64,000 nt of DNA from the NCBI GenBank assembly GCA_963714275.1, contig CAVQNT010000002.1, forward strand, positions 352,001-416,000. The letters are read 5' to 3'. The notes under the pieces were generated by a model, which was given only the letters and a program-made list of their open reading frames with translations, was not told where the DNA came from and did no database searches. The stretch's first letter is position 1. The number at the start of each line of letters is the position of its first letter. The translations under genes and the position numbers were made by a program. Shown piece after piece: positions 44,507 to 57,223 of this stretch. The stretch is from Candidatus Bathyarchaeota archaeon (lineage in GTDB: Archaea; Thermoproteota; Bathyarchaeia; Bathyarchaeales; DTEX01).

Positions 44507-44872
44507 ATGGCTCTTTTCGATAGTAAAGAACTTAAATATGCTTGGAAAGCGAAGTATCTTAGCGGTCATTCTTCTTTTCCCAAATCCATGAATGTTCATA
44601 TAATTATGATGCCTGATTTCCTAGAGATTCCAGAATTTCCCTTACAGATTCCTTATGAGATGGTTCATAATGTTCAGTCATTGAGTCAAGAAAAAATCGC
44701 ATCTTTAGGTCTTTTACATGGGGGACTAGCTTCTTTATTGAAAAGGAAAAAGGTATATATGGTTTTGACTTTTGATGATGATACAGCTATTGAACAAAAT
44801 CTTGTCTTTGATGTGGAAAAAATTGAGGAAATACAACCATTATTGTATCACAAAATAATGAAGCATGAATAA
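44507..44872 (+). CDS. Hypothetical protein
   Basis: 121-aa ATG ORF. Confidence 0.65.
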   Translation: MALFDSKELKYAWKAKYLSGHSSFPKSMNVHIIMMPDFLEIPEFPLQIPYEMVHNVQSLSQEKIASLGLLHGGLASLLKRKKVYMVLTFDDDTAIEQNLVFDVEKIEEIQPLLYHKIMKHE

Positions 44873-44925
44873 AATCTTGTATACCTTTTTTGAAGAAGCT
44901 CAGCTAGAGAAGTCAAAGTTGCTAG

Positions 44926-45432
44926 CTAATGAGCTAATGTTTTTATTATTTGCGAGATTGTTTCAGCGATCCTTGAGAATGTCTTTGAACTCGTATTAAT
45001 TGTAAAATCGTAGTTTATTATATTAAGGCAGTCTGTATTAAGTAATCTTTGGATTAGATGATTTCTTTCTATATCGCTCTTTATGACATCTTCCCTTGCT
45101 TTTTCAGCAGATACTCCTCTTCTTTGGGCTACATGTTTGATTCTTTCTTCAAGTGGGGCAGAAAGAAAGATTTTTATCACATCTTTTTTATCAAGAAGCA
45201 TGAAGGCCGATCTGCCTTCGATTATAACATTGTCTCTCTTGAGGATCTCTTCAAGTTTACTTTTTATAACAGTGTCTAAGTCGATTTCACCAGATATGCC
45301 AAAAGATTTGAGATCCTTTATACTCTCAATAATAACACTTGTATTGAAAGTGTCCAATCCGAATTTGGAAGCAAGTATCTCAGCTACCTCAGTACAACCT
45401 GAGCCAAGATATCCACATAATGCTATTCTCAC
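44926..45432 (-). CDS. Cytidylate-kinase-like protein
   Basis: IALCGYLGSG, VIIEGR, KIFLSAPLEERI, YDFTINTS. Confidence 0.82.
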   Translation of the reverse strand: MRIALCGYLGSGCTEVAEILASKFGLDTFNTSVIIESIKDLKSFGISGEIDLDTVIKSKLEEILKRDNVIIEGRSAFMLLDKKDVIKIFLSAPLEERIKHVAQRRGVSAEKAREDVIKSDIERNHLIQRLLNTDCLNIINYDFTINTSSKTFSRIAETISQIIKTLAH

Positions 45433-45558
45433 GAAATCACCATTCTTCTGATATGTTCAATTTTGAATATAAGTTTGTTTGATCTTAACTGTACCAGTCA
45501 ATCTTCAAAAATAACAGAAGTATAAGCTATTACAATAATATGTCTAAAAGAATCCATG

Positions 45559-45822
45559 TTATCGCTTAAACTCTTCTACGAATTTCTGAGCTAAGTATTC
45601 GTGTTCTCTGCTTTCTACTATAACTTCAAAGGCATCATCTTCTTGAGAGAGGGATACCATGACATAGTCTGTATACATCTCGCCAAAGATTACACAACAA
45701 GAACCACGATCAGTCCTTTTCAAACCCGTGTTCTTTTCGAAGAATTGAACAGCCTTATCCAAAATCTCCTTCTGACCTTTCTTAGTCTTGAATGAAAGTT
45801 TTATCATAATCCACACAATCAC
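45559..45822 (-). CDS. Hypothetical protein
   Basis: Protein-like 87-aa ORF. Confidence 0.6.
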   Translation of the reverse strand: MIVWIMIKLSFKTKKGQKEILDKAVQFFEKNTGLKRTDRGSCCVIFGEMYTDYVMVSLSQEDDAFEVIVESREHEYLAQKFVEEFKR

Positions 45823-45980
45823 ATAAAAAATACATAGACTTCCATATAAAAGTCTGCTAAGAGAATAGTGTAAATAATGTTTCTTGGTCGAAAGCCATAT
45901 TATAAAATGAAAAAAAGTTAAAAATAATCAGGCACACAGTAATATTTTAAGGTAAATCGCTTCGTTTCCCTCTCTCTAGC

Positions 45981-46568
45981 TTACTTCTTGCCATGAAATA
46001 ATTCGCTGCCTGCACCAGGATAGATTACTCTCTTCGATTTAGGAGTAGGTTTAGTGACTTTTGGCCACTTGTCCAGAAGCGGTTCTGATCCTTCAAGGGT
46101 TACCTTTGAGGGACTGACGTCTGCAATTGTAGGAGTTCTTCGCACATCTTTGTCTTCAACATTGGCACTGAACTCAATAGGGATTCCATTGGGATCAAAG
46201 GCATAAATTGAATGAATGAATCCATGGTCAATAACGTCTGAAACATCAAAACCAGCTGCTTCAAGCCTGTCTTTCAATTCCCACAGTTCGTTTTCAGTTT
46301 CCACCCCAAATGAAACGTGATCAAAGATAAAAGGTCCTTTCACAGGTCTTCCATGGTCCTTTTTTGGCACGGGCGTCACTCCTGGCCACTCAAAAAAGGC
46401 TACTAGATCTTTCTCCGAGAGCTGGAAAAAGTAGTGTCTGTAGCCAGGTCCACCTAGACCTGCCACCAGCCTCATACCTAAGAGATCTCTCCAGAAACGA
46501 ATAGTGCTGTCCATGTTGCCTGTTGCCATAGCAAGGTGATTAACGCCGTTAAATTTTACCACGGTCAT
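45981..46568 (-). CDS. VOC/glyoxalase family protein
   Basis: NHLAM, DHVSF, SIYAFDPNGIPIEF. Confidence 0.9.
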   Translation of the reverse strand: MTVVKFNGVNHLAMATGNMDSTIRFWRDLLGMRLVAGLGGPGYRHYFFQLSEKDLVAFFEWPGVTPVPKKDHGRPVKGPFIFDHVSFGVETENELWELKDRLEAAGFDVSDVIDHGFIHSIYAFDPNGIPIEFSANVEDKDVRRTPTIADVSPSKVTLEGSEPLLDKWPKVTKPTPKSKRVIYPGAGSELFHGKK

Positions 46569-46673
46569 ACCTCATTACCTATAGGTCTCAATAGACTATT
46601 AAGAGATTTTTTTCAGTCATGATACCAAATATTCATCGAAAGCTCACTCAGCTTTGGTTACACTAAATTCACA

Positions 46674-47563
<890 letters not shown>

Positions 47564-47689
47564 ACCTGATTCCTCTTTAAAGATGTTTTATTTGGATTAT
47601 GTTTTTTTATGGGGTAACATGATAATATATTTTGTCTTTAAGAAAAAATGTTTAGGAAATAATTCTTTACCATTTCCCTGTTGATTAGA

Positions 47690-48151
47690 TTAAAGAGTTT
47701 TCAGTTCATCAAGCGCTTTTAGAACTTCTTTAGAGTGTCGTTTCACATCGACCTTCGGAAAAATATGCGTTATCTTCCCATCTTTGTTGATGATGAAGGT
47801 AAATCTTTTTGCGAGAACCCCTCCAACTCCAAGCACATTATAGGCTTTAGCAACTTCCTTTTTATTATCGCTGAGAATTGTAAATGGTAAATTGTATTTT
47901 TCAGAAAATTTTAAATGCGATTCGACACTGTCAAGACTAACTCCTATTACAACTGCACCTTTATCTTGATAGGGCTTGTAATTATCCCTGAAACTACACG
48001 CCTCTGCAGTGCAACCTGACGTGAAGTCTTTCGGATAAAAGTATAGAACCACGACTTTTTTTCCAAGATAGTCTTTCAGACTTGCCGGTAGGCCATGTTC
48101 GTCCAACAGTGAGAAATCGGGTGCTTTATCTCCGACCTTAAGCTCAACCAT
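47690..48151 (-). CDS. bcp: Peroxiredoxin Bcp/PrxQ
   Basis: YFYPKDFTSGCTAEACSFRD. Confidence 0.92.
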   Translation of the reverse strand: MVELKVGDKAPDFSLLDEHGLPASLKDYLGKKVVVLYFYPKDFTSGCTAEACSFRDNYKPYQDKGAVVIGVSLDSVESHLKFSEKYNLPFTILSDNKKEVAKAYNVLGVGGVLAKRFTFIINKDGKITHIFPKVDVKRHSKEVLKALDELKTL

Positions 48152-48497
48152 AATATTCGACCCGACAGAGAATAATTTCTAATATGCATTTAGGTGTTTC
48201 GATTGCCATTGGTAATGTATGATCTTATTATGTCAGGTTTGGTTTGATTAAAAATTAAAAAACCTAGACCGTTTTTACAAGCATTTTTCTAATCTCTTAT
48301 GATTATTCTAGGCGAACTTTCCTGAGACTTTTTGCTGCAATCCAGTTAGCAGCGAGGTGAGTCAGATGCACCAAAAGAGAATCTTGTAAGAGTTGCATGT
48401 AGGGGAAGAAAGAGCAAGTTATAGAAGCTTGCGCCATCACAGATGAAGCCTTAGAGAATATAAGAACTTGATTTTTTCCATAGTGCGCTATTGATGT

Positions 48498-48827
48498 TTA
48501 TTTAAGCATATTTCCTTCTTCGCGCAATGTTGTGCAGAGTCTGCAGAAGTTAATCATAACTTCATTGGTATCTATTTTCTCAGTTGCTATTCGTTTAGCT
48601 ATCTCGTTTGCTAACGATTGAATTCTTGGTAGAAAAAGCTCGAATTGCTCTATGCCTTTATATCCGCGTTTCAAATGAAGATACTGGCTTATGGCAGCTT
48701 GAGTTGTACCAAGCCTCTCTGCAGCCTCTACCTGCGTGAAACCGTACTTTTCAATAAGGTCCTTTGCGACCAGAGATCTAAAAATGGGCAGAACATATCG
48801 CGCAATAATTTCGCATGCAAAATTCAT
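48498..48827 (-). CDS. Archaeal HTH transcriptional regulator
   Basis: CE...LP..R...TQVEAAERLGTTQAAISQY..KRG. Confidence 0.85.
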   Translation of the reverse strand: MNFACEIIARYVLPIFRSLVAKDLIEKYGFTQVEAAERLGTTQAAISQYLHLKRGYKGIEQFELFLPRIQSLANEIAKRIATEKIDTNEVMINFCRLCTTLREEGNMLK

Positions 48828-49306
48828 CTTTCATCCAAAAAATATAACGTACTTATACTTATAAATGTGAGTAGGGTAGCCCACTTTGCGATGTCAGGTT
48901 TACGGAAGACTCATATATAGAAAACATGTGACTGGGAAGACCTGCTGTGCAAACAAACTTTATATCTTCTTTTCCGAGGACTGCAGGAGATGATGGAATC
49001 AACGCTTGCCTAGAAAGCAGATGTAAATTAGATATTCAATTAATTATCGAACAAAGAGACATCAACATTTTCTCCTAATGTCCTTAATTAGTCTGCGATA
49101 TCGCAGATAATTCTGAATTCCGTCATGATCGTATTTCCATTTACACGCCTAATACTCCTTGGCTTCGCAACATCTGCACTTGAAATCGTATTTACCTTTA
49201 ATAGCATCCATAGCCCAAACCCAATCCCGTAAAGCTTTTCACACCTAGAAATAGGTATTATTAGTCTTTTAGAAAAAATGGGGAATAAGAAGGGCGTGTC
49301 TTCGTT

Positions 49307-49462
49307 TTACTTTTTGGCTTTGGGTTTTGCTTCTTTTTTGACTTCTTTCATTGGAGTGTCACAGCACACTAAATCACATTCAGAACATCCGCATGTTTCG
49401 TCAACTAATACGACGATTCCACATTCTTCACACTCATATCTGGCGCCTTTGTTTTTTGCCAT
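49307..49462 (-). CDS. 51-aa desulforedoxin-like metal-binding protein (not in ORF track)
   Basis: MAKNKGARYECEECGIVVLVDETCGCSECDLVCCDTPMKEVKK... Confidence 0.7.
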   Translation of the reverse strand: MAKNKGARYECEECGIVVLVDETCGCSECDLVCCDTPMKEVKKEAKPKAKK

Positions 49463-49787
49463 ATTTATCCCTCTAATAATAATATTGATGATGTGAGCTT
49501 AATATGTGTGCCTAGAATTGATGTATCACAAGGGTGAATCTCAAAGAAATAGTGAGCTGACTGATGTAGTCATCGATCGAGGCCTCAGAACATGGCGTTA
49601 TATGCTTGGGCAGTTTTGAAACATTTAATGGTTGTGGAATATGCGGGAAAAAATTAACAAATGAATGAAATAGATTTTTATTGAAAAAAATATTATAAAT
49701 AATTATGAATTTAATGCCCCGTTTAAGAATACCTCTTAGAATAATTCCTATTTCTGAACAATCACCAGAATTCTGGAAGTCATTCTT

Positions 49788-51162
49788 ATGAAAATCAAAA
49801 CCATCAAGTCCGAGGGCCTTGCACACAACAGTTACTATATCTCAGACGAAAACGAAGTAGCCATAATTGACCCACGTCGTGACAGCCTCATTTATCACAC
49901 TATGGCACAGCAAGAATGCACAAAAATAAATTACATCTTTGAAACCCACAGAAACGAAGACTACATAACAGGCTCACTCGAGTGACAAAATACAACAGGC
50001 GCCGAGATTTGCCACAGTAAAGAGTCTGTCATTCAAATATGGCGAACACAACCTATCTGACGCTGAAATCCTTCACATCGGCAAATTGAAAATCGAAGCG
50101 CTTTACACTCCAGGCCACACCAACGAATCAATGTGCTATGCAGTCTATGCCCCTGAAAGTCGCAAAGAGCCCCTGTTTATTTTCACAGGTGACACTTTGT
50201 TCGTCGGCTCAGTCGGACGTACAGACCTCTATGGTAAAACTAAACAGCCAGTCCAAGCTGAAAAACTGTATCACAGCATACACGAAAAACTCCTATCGCT
50301 AGGTGATGGTTCAATTATCTATCCTAGCCACGGCGCCGGCAGCATTTGTGGAAACATAATCAGCGATCGAGAATATAGCACGATAGGCTACGAAAGAAAA
50401 TTCAACTCTTACTTGCGGCTAAATAAGGACGAGTTCATTAAAAAGGCAGAAAACGAAGAGTTCCTTATACCACCATACTTCAAGAAAATGGAAGAATATA
50501 ACCTGAATGGTCCTCCTCTCTTAAAGAATCTTAAAGCTCCGAGAGCATTGAATTTAAAAGATTTCGAGTTGGAAGCAAACCAAGCCAACACTATCATCGT
50601 AGATACACGAATGCCTTACGCCTTTGCAGGCTCTTTTATTCCAGGCTCACTCAACCTCTGGCTAGATGGAACCAGCATATACCCAGGTTGGATACTCAAC
50701 TACGGGCAACGTCTCCTGTTTATACACGAACGACAAAAAGACATGAAGTTGACAGCCACACACTTCTGGAGACTAGGATTTGACTGCATGATAGGCTTTC
50801 TTTGTTCTGGCATAAACGAATGGCAAGAAGAAGGAAAAACCATAAGTAGCTTGGGCACTTTGTCCGCTTCCGAACTCAGAACCAAGTTGATAACAAAAGA
50901 ATTGACTGTACTAGATGTCCGAGAACCAAGTGAATGGAAAGAAGGGTACATAGAAGGTTCGAACCGCATATACTTCGGTCACTTGGCAAACAAAACTAAT
51001 TCACTTACAAAAAATAAGCCTATAGCAATAGTTTGCTCGGTAGGAAATAGGGCCAGCGTAGCCGCAAGTATATTAATTAGACAAGGTTTTAAAAACGTCC
51101 AAAACGTATTAGGAGGAATGACCTCCTGGAACAGTTTAGGCTACCCAATAAAGACAGACTAA
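49788..51162 (+). CDS. MBL-fold hydrolase with rhodanese domains (persulfide dioxygenase-like); disrupted near 49980-50040
   Basis: IFETHRNEDY, TPGHT, TGDTLF, HGAGS.CG, DVREPSEW, CSVGNRA. Confidence 0.88.
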
Positions 51163-51300
51163 TTCTCTTGTTCGACGACTTTTAGCTCAGCTCAGCTAAG
51201 CCTCAATGATGATCTATGAAAAAGAGTCAAGTAAAGTTCATGAATATGATTAAATACAATTATCACTAAAAAAATTAATATTATCCTTAGCTTTGGCTTA

Positions 51301-51375
51301 TTGTCCCGTTCATGCCTAAGGTACTTGGCGAACAGCAGGGCTTCCTCATTAATCAAAGTTTCAAGAGTCTGTCTA
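51301..51375 (-). pseudogene. cas1: Second remnant of the Cas1 C-terminal tail
   Basis: RQTLETLINEEALLFAKYLRHERD, near-identical in protein to ~2542-2610 but with many synonymous differences. Confidence 0.75.
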
Positions 51376-51450
51376 GACTTCAAGTTGAACAACACTTTTA
51401 TACTAAATTAGCGAAAAAGGCACGAGACAACCCATAGGATACTGATATTC

Positions 51451-52114
51451 ATGGCCAAGAATGCTAAGATAAAGGTAACTAAGGATGGTCCATACCTCGT
51501 CACAGGTGGCATTCCTCTATTACGAATGATCATAGAGACCGATAGCTACGGTGACCCCTGTATATGGCGAGAGGTTCAGAGATATCCTCAGCGAGAAAGC
51601 TATGCCCTCTGCCGCTGTGGAAAATCCAATAAACAAGCCATATTGCGATGGTGCTCACACAATGCAACGGTTCAATGGCACTGAAACAGCCAGTAGTGAA
51701 CTCTACCTCGAAAACGTGAAGGAGTACCTTGGCCCAGAGCTTAAGCTTACGGATAAACCGGAGCTTTGCGTCGGTGCAGGTTTCTGCGTCCGTGACGCAG
51801 GTATCTGGAATCTCACAGTTCACAGTGATAGACCCGGTTTCAAGGAGATTGCCATAGAGGAAGCAGCTAACTGCCCATCCGGACGGCTCGTTGTCTGGGA
51901 TAAACAGGGTAACCCGATAGAACCAGATTATGAGCCTAGCATTGTTGTCACTGAGCACGAGGACGGTTCACCCGGTCCTCTCTGGATTCGCGGAGAAGTC
52001 GAGATCGAATCCGTGGATGGCATAATATATGAGAAGCGAAACCGCGTTACTCTATGCAGATGCGGTAAGTCCCTAAACAAGCCCCTTTGCGACGGCTCCC
52101 ATTTCGACATATGA
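51451..52114 (+). CDS. CDGSH iron-sulfur domain protein; frameshift near 51635
   Basis: ALCRCGKS.NKPYCDGAH, CVGAGFC, TLCRCGKSLNKPLCDGSH. Confidence 0.88.
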
Positions 52115-52164
52115 TAGCACGCGCGCGCCTTTCATGTTCAATTAGTTCCAGCTGCTTGCAAAAC

Positions 52165-52338
52165 CTATGCGTCCTTTATCGTCTTCTTCATATCTTCCTT
52201 GCTATGCTTTAGGAACTCAGGATGATGGTTTTTTGCATGAAGCATAATATGGTCTAATACGTCGTTCTCTCCCCAGGGCGACTTCACAGTCCAACCGCAA
52301 TCAGGGCAGGTCGTCGTCTTCATCTTACCTTTATTCAT
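52165..52338 (-). CDS. DUF1059-like small metal-binding protein
   Basis: CPDCGW...H...HAKNHH. Confidence 0.65.
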   Translation of the reverse strand: MNKGKMKTTTCPDCGWTVKSPWGENDVLDHIMLHAKNHHPEFLKHSKEDMKKTIKDA

Positions 52339-52395
52339 AAGATCACCTCCATTCCGAACTACAACCAATCAGCGCGCGCACAGTTTTCATCGCGT

Positions 52396-52683
52396 CTACT
52401 TTTGAATTCCTATTTTCTTGGCCCAGGCAACAAGTTCTGAGAACTTCAGTACTGGAGTTATCGTTACTTCTCCTACAAGCCTTAATGGCTCAACCGCATT
52501 GTTGAGAGCTGTATTATCGTCTGTTTCTAGAACAAAATAGTAAACATGACCTGGTGCATCCGTATATCCTGCTATTTCTTTAACTCCAGATTTTTTCATG
52601 CTCTCTTCGATTTTTACTGTGAATTCTTTATCGGGTCGTACAACTCCTCCAGGACACAACTCAGACTGAATGTCTAGCAACAA
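52396..52683 (-). CDS. Small ferredoxin-fold protein (DUF3303-like)
   Basis: CPG...GHVYYFVLETDD...VTITPV. Confidence 0.6.
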   Translation of the reverse strand: MLLDIQSELCPGGVVRPDKEFTVKIEESMKKSGVKEIAGYTDAPGHVYYFVLETDDNTALNNAVEPLRLVGEVTITPVLKFSELVAWAKKIGIQK

Positions 52684-52894
52684 TCATGAACAGCAAACCA
52701 AATCACCTCATAGTGAAATAATATACCCGTCATTTAAGTTTTTGTGATTGCACTGGCACAGTTACATGCGTTCTTATAATCGAGTCCCGATTGTGTGATA
52801 AAGGGCTAGGAAATTTTAAGACTAATATTAGGAAATATCGTTATTTTTATATGGAGTTGTTTAGTAAGACTAGAGCAAACAAGCCGGTGAAGTT

Positions 52895-53424
52895 ATGGTG
52901 AATTCTATTCTTGAGGTAATAAGAAAGAGAAGAAGCGTGATAAGATTCGAAAGTACAACCGTGTCTGATGAACAGATTCAAGAAATTTTAGAGGCTGGAA
53001 GATGGGCTCCATCTTGGCTTAACAGTCAACCTTGGAGGTTCATATTAATAAAAGACAAAGAGACTAAAGAAAAAATCAGTGACCTTGCCCCAACAATTTA
53101 TAAATTAGGAATGATGGACGCACCTGTTTGCATTGCAATATACGTCGATCCTAAAGAAGATCCATACCATTTTGTGGAAGACGGTGCAGCCGCCACACAA
53201 AACATGGCACTAGCTGCATACAGTCTAGGATTGGGATCAGCTGGATAGGAATCTTCAACCTAAAAAACGAAAAAAATTCAGCTGAAAATAAAATAAAAGA
53301 AATCCTAAATATACCTAAAAGTTGCAGAATAATTTCGATTATGCCTATCGGAGTTCCTAAATACTCTAAAGAAAAGGAAAGAAAGAAGATTTCAGATCTT
53401 GTTTTTCATAATAATGTCAAGTAA
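52895..53424 (+). CDS. Nitroreductase family protein; frameshift near 53240
   Basis: KRRSVIRF, WAPSWLNSQPWRF, QNMALAAYSLGLGS. Confidence 0.9.
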
Positions 53425-53541
53425 TTGATTCAACATTTTCCTTCAGATCGAGTTTTAAACCAGTACTTCCCAAGTATGTCTACGAGAACTCCACTGTTTC
53501 AGAGAGTATTAGGCTTTGCACTTGCTACGCCTATTCTCTCA

Positions 53542-55494
53542 TCATAAGATCAGAGAAAGTAGTCTGAAAGCTATTCCTCCAACAAGTATGGCAGTGGCGA
53601 AGTTTGCTATTGCTATGACCGCGGCGGTTTTCCACCCATAATCCTTTGCCAGTACTGTTACTGTAGATATGCATGGAATAAAGATGATGCTAACTAGGGC
53701 GAGCGTTATCAGCTGGACCGGAGTTGAAAAAGAGAGCAAGGTTTGTTGAGCCAAATATGGCCACTGCTCCCAGCAGTGTTAGTTCTTTCCGGACCAAACC
53801 GAGTATTAAGAGTATTCCAGCTATGGCGGGAAGCCCAAGCCAACCGACAGTGAGTGGCGAGATTGCATTACTCAAATGTTGCAGGATGCCGACCGCGTAC
53901 AAAACTTGAATGAGGGCACTTCCACCAATGTACAGTGGAAATACGAAGTATATTAAAGATTTGGTTCGTACCCAAGTCTGCTTACCCACGACGGACAATG
54001 AAGGAACCTTGAGAGAATGCATTTCCATTATGAGACCTGTTGATTGACCTGGAACAACTTTGAGAGCCACTCTTCCCAAGACGAAGATGAGCGCGATGTC
54101 CACTGCGTAGAGTGATAATGCCCACATAGGACCCACGAAGGCTGCTACCAACCCAAGAATCACGATTGTTCTTGCTGTACATGGGGCGAAGGTAATGGCG
54201 TAGGATGCAAGTAGTCGTTCACGTTTCGTTTCCATGATTCTACAGGCACGAATTGCAGGGACGTTGCATCCGTAGCCTAAGATCATTGGAATCAATGCTT
54301 TTCCATGTAATCCTATCTTGTGCATTGCGCTGTCCATCATGAATGCAACTCTTGTGAGGATGCCGGAGTCTTCAATCATGGCTAACATGAGATAAGAACG
54401 GTACAACATAGGGCATAACCAACGTTATCGCCGGCAACCAAGCCGCCGTAATACGCCGTTCCAGATAATGCCCTGAATCGACCCACTGAAACTTGGATTC
54501 ACTGGTGAAAATAATGATAATGCGTTTGAAAATAAATTGGACAGCAGGTTCCCAATACTGAATGTCCAGAGAAGCAAGCCTGCTATTACACCTGTAGACG
54601 TAATGTAGCCAAATATTTTGTGTGTAGTGATCCAATCCAACTTTTCTGAAGTTGTGGTTTTAATTTCACTCTGTCTGTTGAACCTCATTTGCAATCTTGC
54701 TTGCAAGAGAATACCTTTCGGAAGCGATAACTGCGAAACACGGTTCATTGTGAATAGAAGAGATTTCCGCTGCCAGAACCTCGGATGTTTTTATCACAAC
54801 TTCAGATTTGGAACCTACCAGTTTCTTAATTTCAGGATCATTTTCCATAAGTTTGATGGCAACCCATCTGGAGGGGTACTTCAGTCCAAGGTTTCCTGTT
54901 TGGATCGCTTGATCGAGTTTGGTTATTCGTTCTTCTATTTCAGCTCCATACCTGACGGGTGTCTTTTTCTTGTTGCTGGCAGTTTCTGCAACTCAACGGC
55001 AGTTTTTGTTAGCTCGTATATTCCCTCTCCTCTGATGCCACTGTTGGAACAACAGGTACGCCTAGAGCTTGCTCCAACTTTCTTTGTGTTGATTGTCAAT
55101 TCCTTTTTTCTTGGCAACATCAACTTGGTTAAGGCAAATTACCAGAGGGGCTTCCATCTCGATGAGTTGTAGAGTGAAGAATAGGTTGCGTTCAAGAACA
55201 GCGGCATCGACCACGTTTATGACAACATCTGGATTCTCCAGGGCCACGTATTCTCTCGACACGAATTCCTCCATTCCGAAGGTGGAAAATGAATAGATGC
55301 CGGGCAGGTCAACGACAGTTATTTTTTGTCCTTCAAAATTGATGTTGCCTTCGGCTTTTTCCACTGTTTTTCCTGGCCAGTTGCCGATTATTTGACTTGA
55401 ACCTGTGAGCTGGTTGAATAATACGCTTTTTCCAACATTAGCATTGCCAGCTAGGGCAATGGTTATGCCGTTGATTATTTTGGGACTTTTTCAA
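53542..55494 (-). CDS. feoB: Ferrous iron transporter B; several frameshifts
   Basis: [44 protein letters not shown]. Confidence 0.92.
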
Positions 55495-55540
55495 ATTTGA
55501 AGATTTAGAATGGCATGACATGACGAATCATCTTTTTTGA

Positions 55541-56273
55541 TCATTTTTTTCTGTGGATTCAACAAAGACGTTTGCAGCGATATCTTGTCCTAGTGCCACC
55601 TTGGAGCCTCTCACGCACACTTCTACTGGGCCTTTTAATGGTGCGACCCTTTCCACTTTTATAGAGGTTCCAGGGAGTTAATCCCATGTCCAAAAGTCTT
55701 TGGAGGATCTGTGTTCACCTCTGATGAAAGAGATCTTTGCCGAGATGCCCGCTTTGAGATTGCATATTGAAACCAGATTCTGTTGCCGTTTTCCCACTTC
55801 CTCTAGGCCTTTCTTGTGCATTTCTACGCATTCTTCGCATGTTGAGAACGGCAGGTTGCAGGCTGGGATAATCTTGCTATCGTCTGGACATTTGTCAGGA
55901 TGTTTCAGAAAGCGGCAGAGGGATTCTTCAGCTTCATCGGACAACGAGTGTTCCATTTCGCATGCTTGTAAGTGAACTTTATCTTTCCGAATATGCAGAA
56001 TGTCTGCAGAAACCTTTCGAGCAATCGTGTTTTCGAGTTGTTTTTTCGGCGATCTTTAAGGCCTTTTGCGGTGAGAGTTGCTCCTCGGTACGGGAAATAT
56101 TTCACATAGCCATTGTCATCTAATTTTTTCAGCATCTCAGTGACGCTGGCTGGAGCGATTTTCAAGCGTTCGGAGACTTCCGTGGTACTGGCCGTTTGCC
56201 CATTCAGCGTAAGGCTGTAAAGGGTCTCCAGATATTCCTCCATGTTGCTGCTTATTACGACTTCATCAGACAT
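55541..56273 (-). CDS. DtxR/MntR-family metal-dependent regulator with C-terminal FeoA domain; frameshifted
   Basis: [39 protein letters not shown]; FeoA-like [18 protein letters not shown]. Confidence 0.88.
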
Positions 56274-56332
56274 TTAGGCGCACCTAAATTCTATTGGCGC
56301 CCCTACCATATAAACATTTAGGCAAACCTAAA
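56273..56332. promoter_or_regulatory. Two palindromic DtxR-type operator boxes
   Basis: TTTAGGCGCACCTAAA (56273-56288) and TTTAGGCAAACCTAAA (56317-56332) at and upstream of the regulator start. Confidence 0.7.
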
Positions 56333-56773
56333 AAATTATGTCGTGACATCCATAATGACGTATGTGACGACATTTTCGCTAAAGTAAACACCAAAATAAG
56401 CCTATTTATGGTGTGGCGTTGCGCCGTACGCTCATCTAATACTGCCCTTGGAAGAATGACCCTAGGAATCTAGAGCCAAGAAAAATCCATGGCTTATTCT
56501 TTATCACACTCTGATATTTGGCGAGTTGGTCGTCGCTTACCCCTTAGCTATCTAAAGACTCAGCTACTAGTAGGAACTTCAAAACAGAGAATAGAAAATT
56601 TCAAGATCGTGTCCTCATCCTTAAGAAAACCCGCTAGCCTTAATCCATAGTTACGAATTATATAACTGCTCTGAAAGCTCCAAATGACTGATAACCAATG
56701 GCATTAAATAAATTAAAACAATGTAAATAAATTAAAACTGAAGAAAAAGAAGTATAGAGGGGTTGATTAAGAA

Positions 56774-57025
56774 ATGAATATATGTCAAAGCTGTGGAATG
56801 CCTTTACAAAAGAAAGAAGATTTCGGAAAGAATGCAGATGGAAGTAAAAGCGAAGAGTATTGTTGTTACTGCTTTCAGAATGGCAAATTCCTAGATGAAG
56901 GTATAACTCTGCAAGAGAAAATGGAAAAAAATGTGAAAATTGCAGTTCAGATGGGAATGCCCGAAGATGAAGCGAGGAAAATGGCGTCTAATGTTTTACC
57001 AAAACTAAAAAGATGGAGAAAATAA
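56774..57025 (+). CDS. Zinc-ribbon protein (Zn_ribbon_2-like)
   Basis: CQSCGMPL...YCCYCFQNG...LPKLKRW. Confidence 0.85.
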   Translation: MNICQSCGMPLQKKEDFGKNADGSKSEEYCCYCFQNGKFLDEGITLQEKMEKNVKIAVQMGMPEDEARKMASNVLPKLKRWRK

Positions 57026-57223
57026 GCCGAATCTGTCGAAGAAGTCGAAATGCTAAAAGAGGGCTGATGATTTTTGTAGAGGAGAGGGGATAAGATTCCT
57101 CATTTAAATTTAATAAATTACTATAAACTATAGCTAAATTTTGCCTAGTTTATTCTTAGTTAATGCCCTTTTTCTTCTTTCCCTTATTATTTAAATTATA
57201 ATTCGTTTTTGTATGTTATAACC

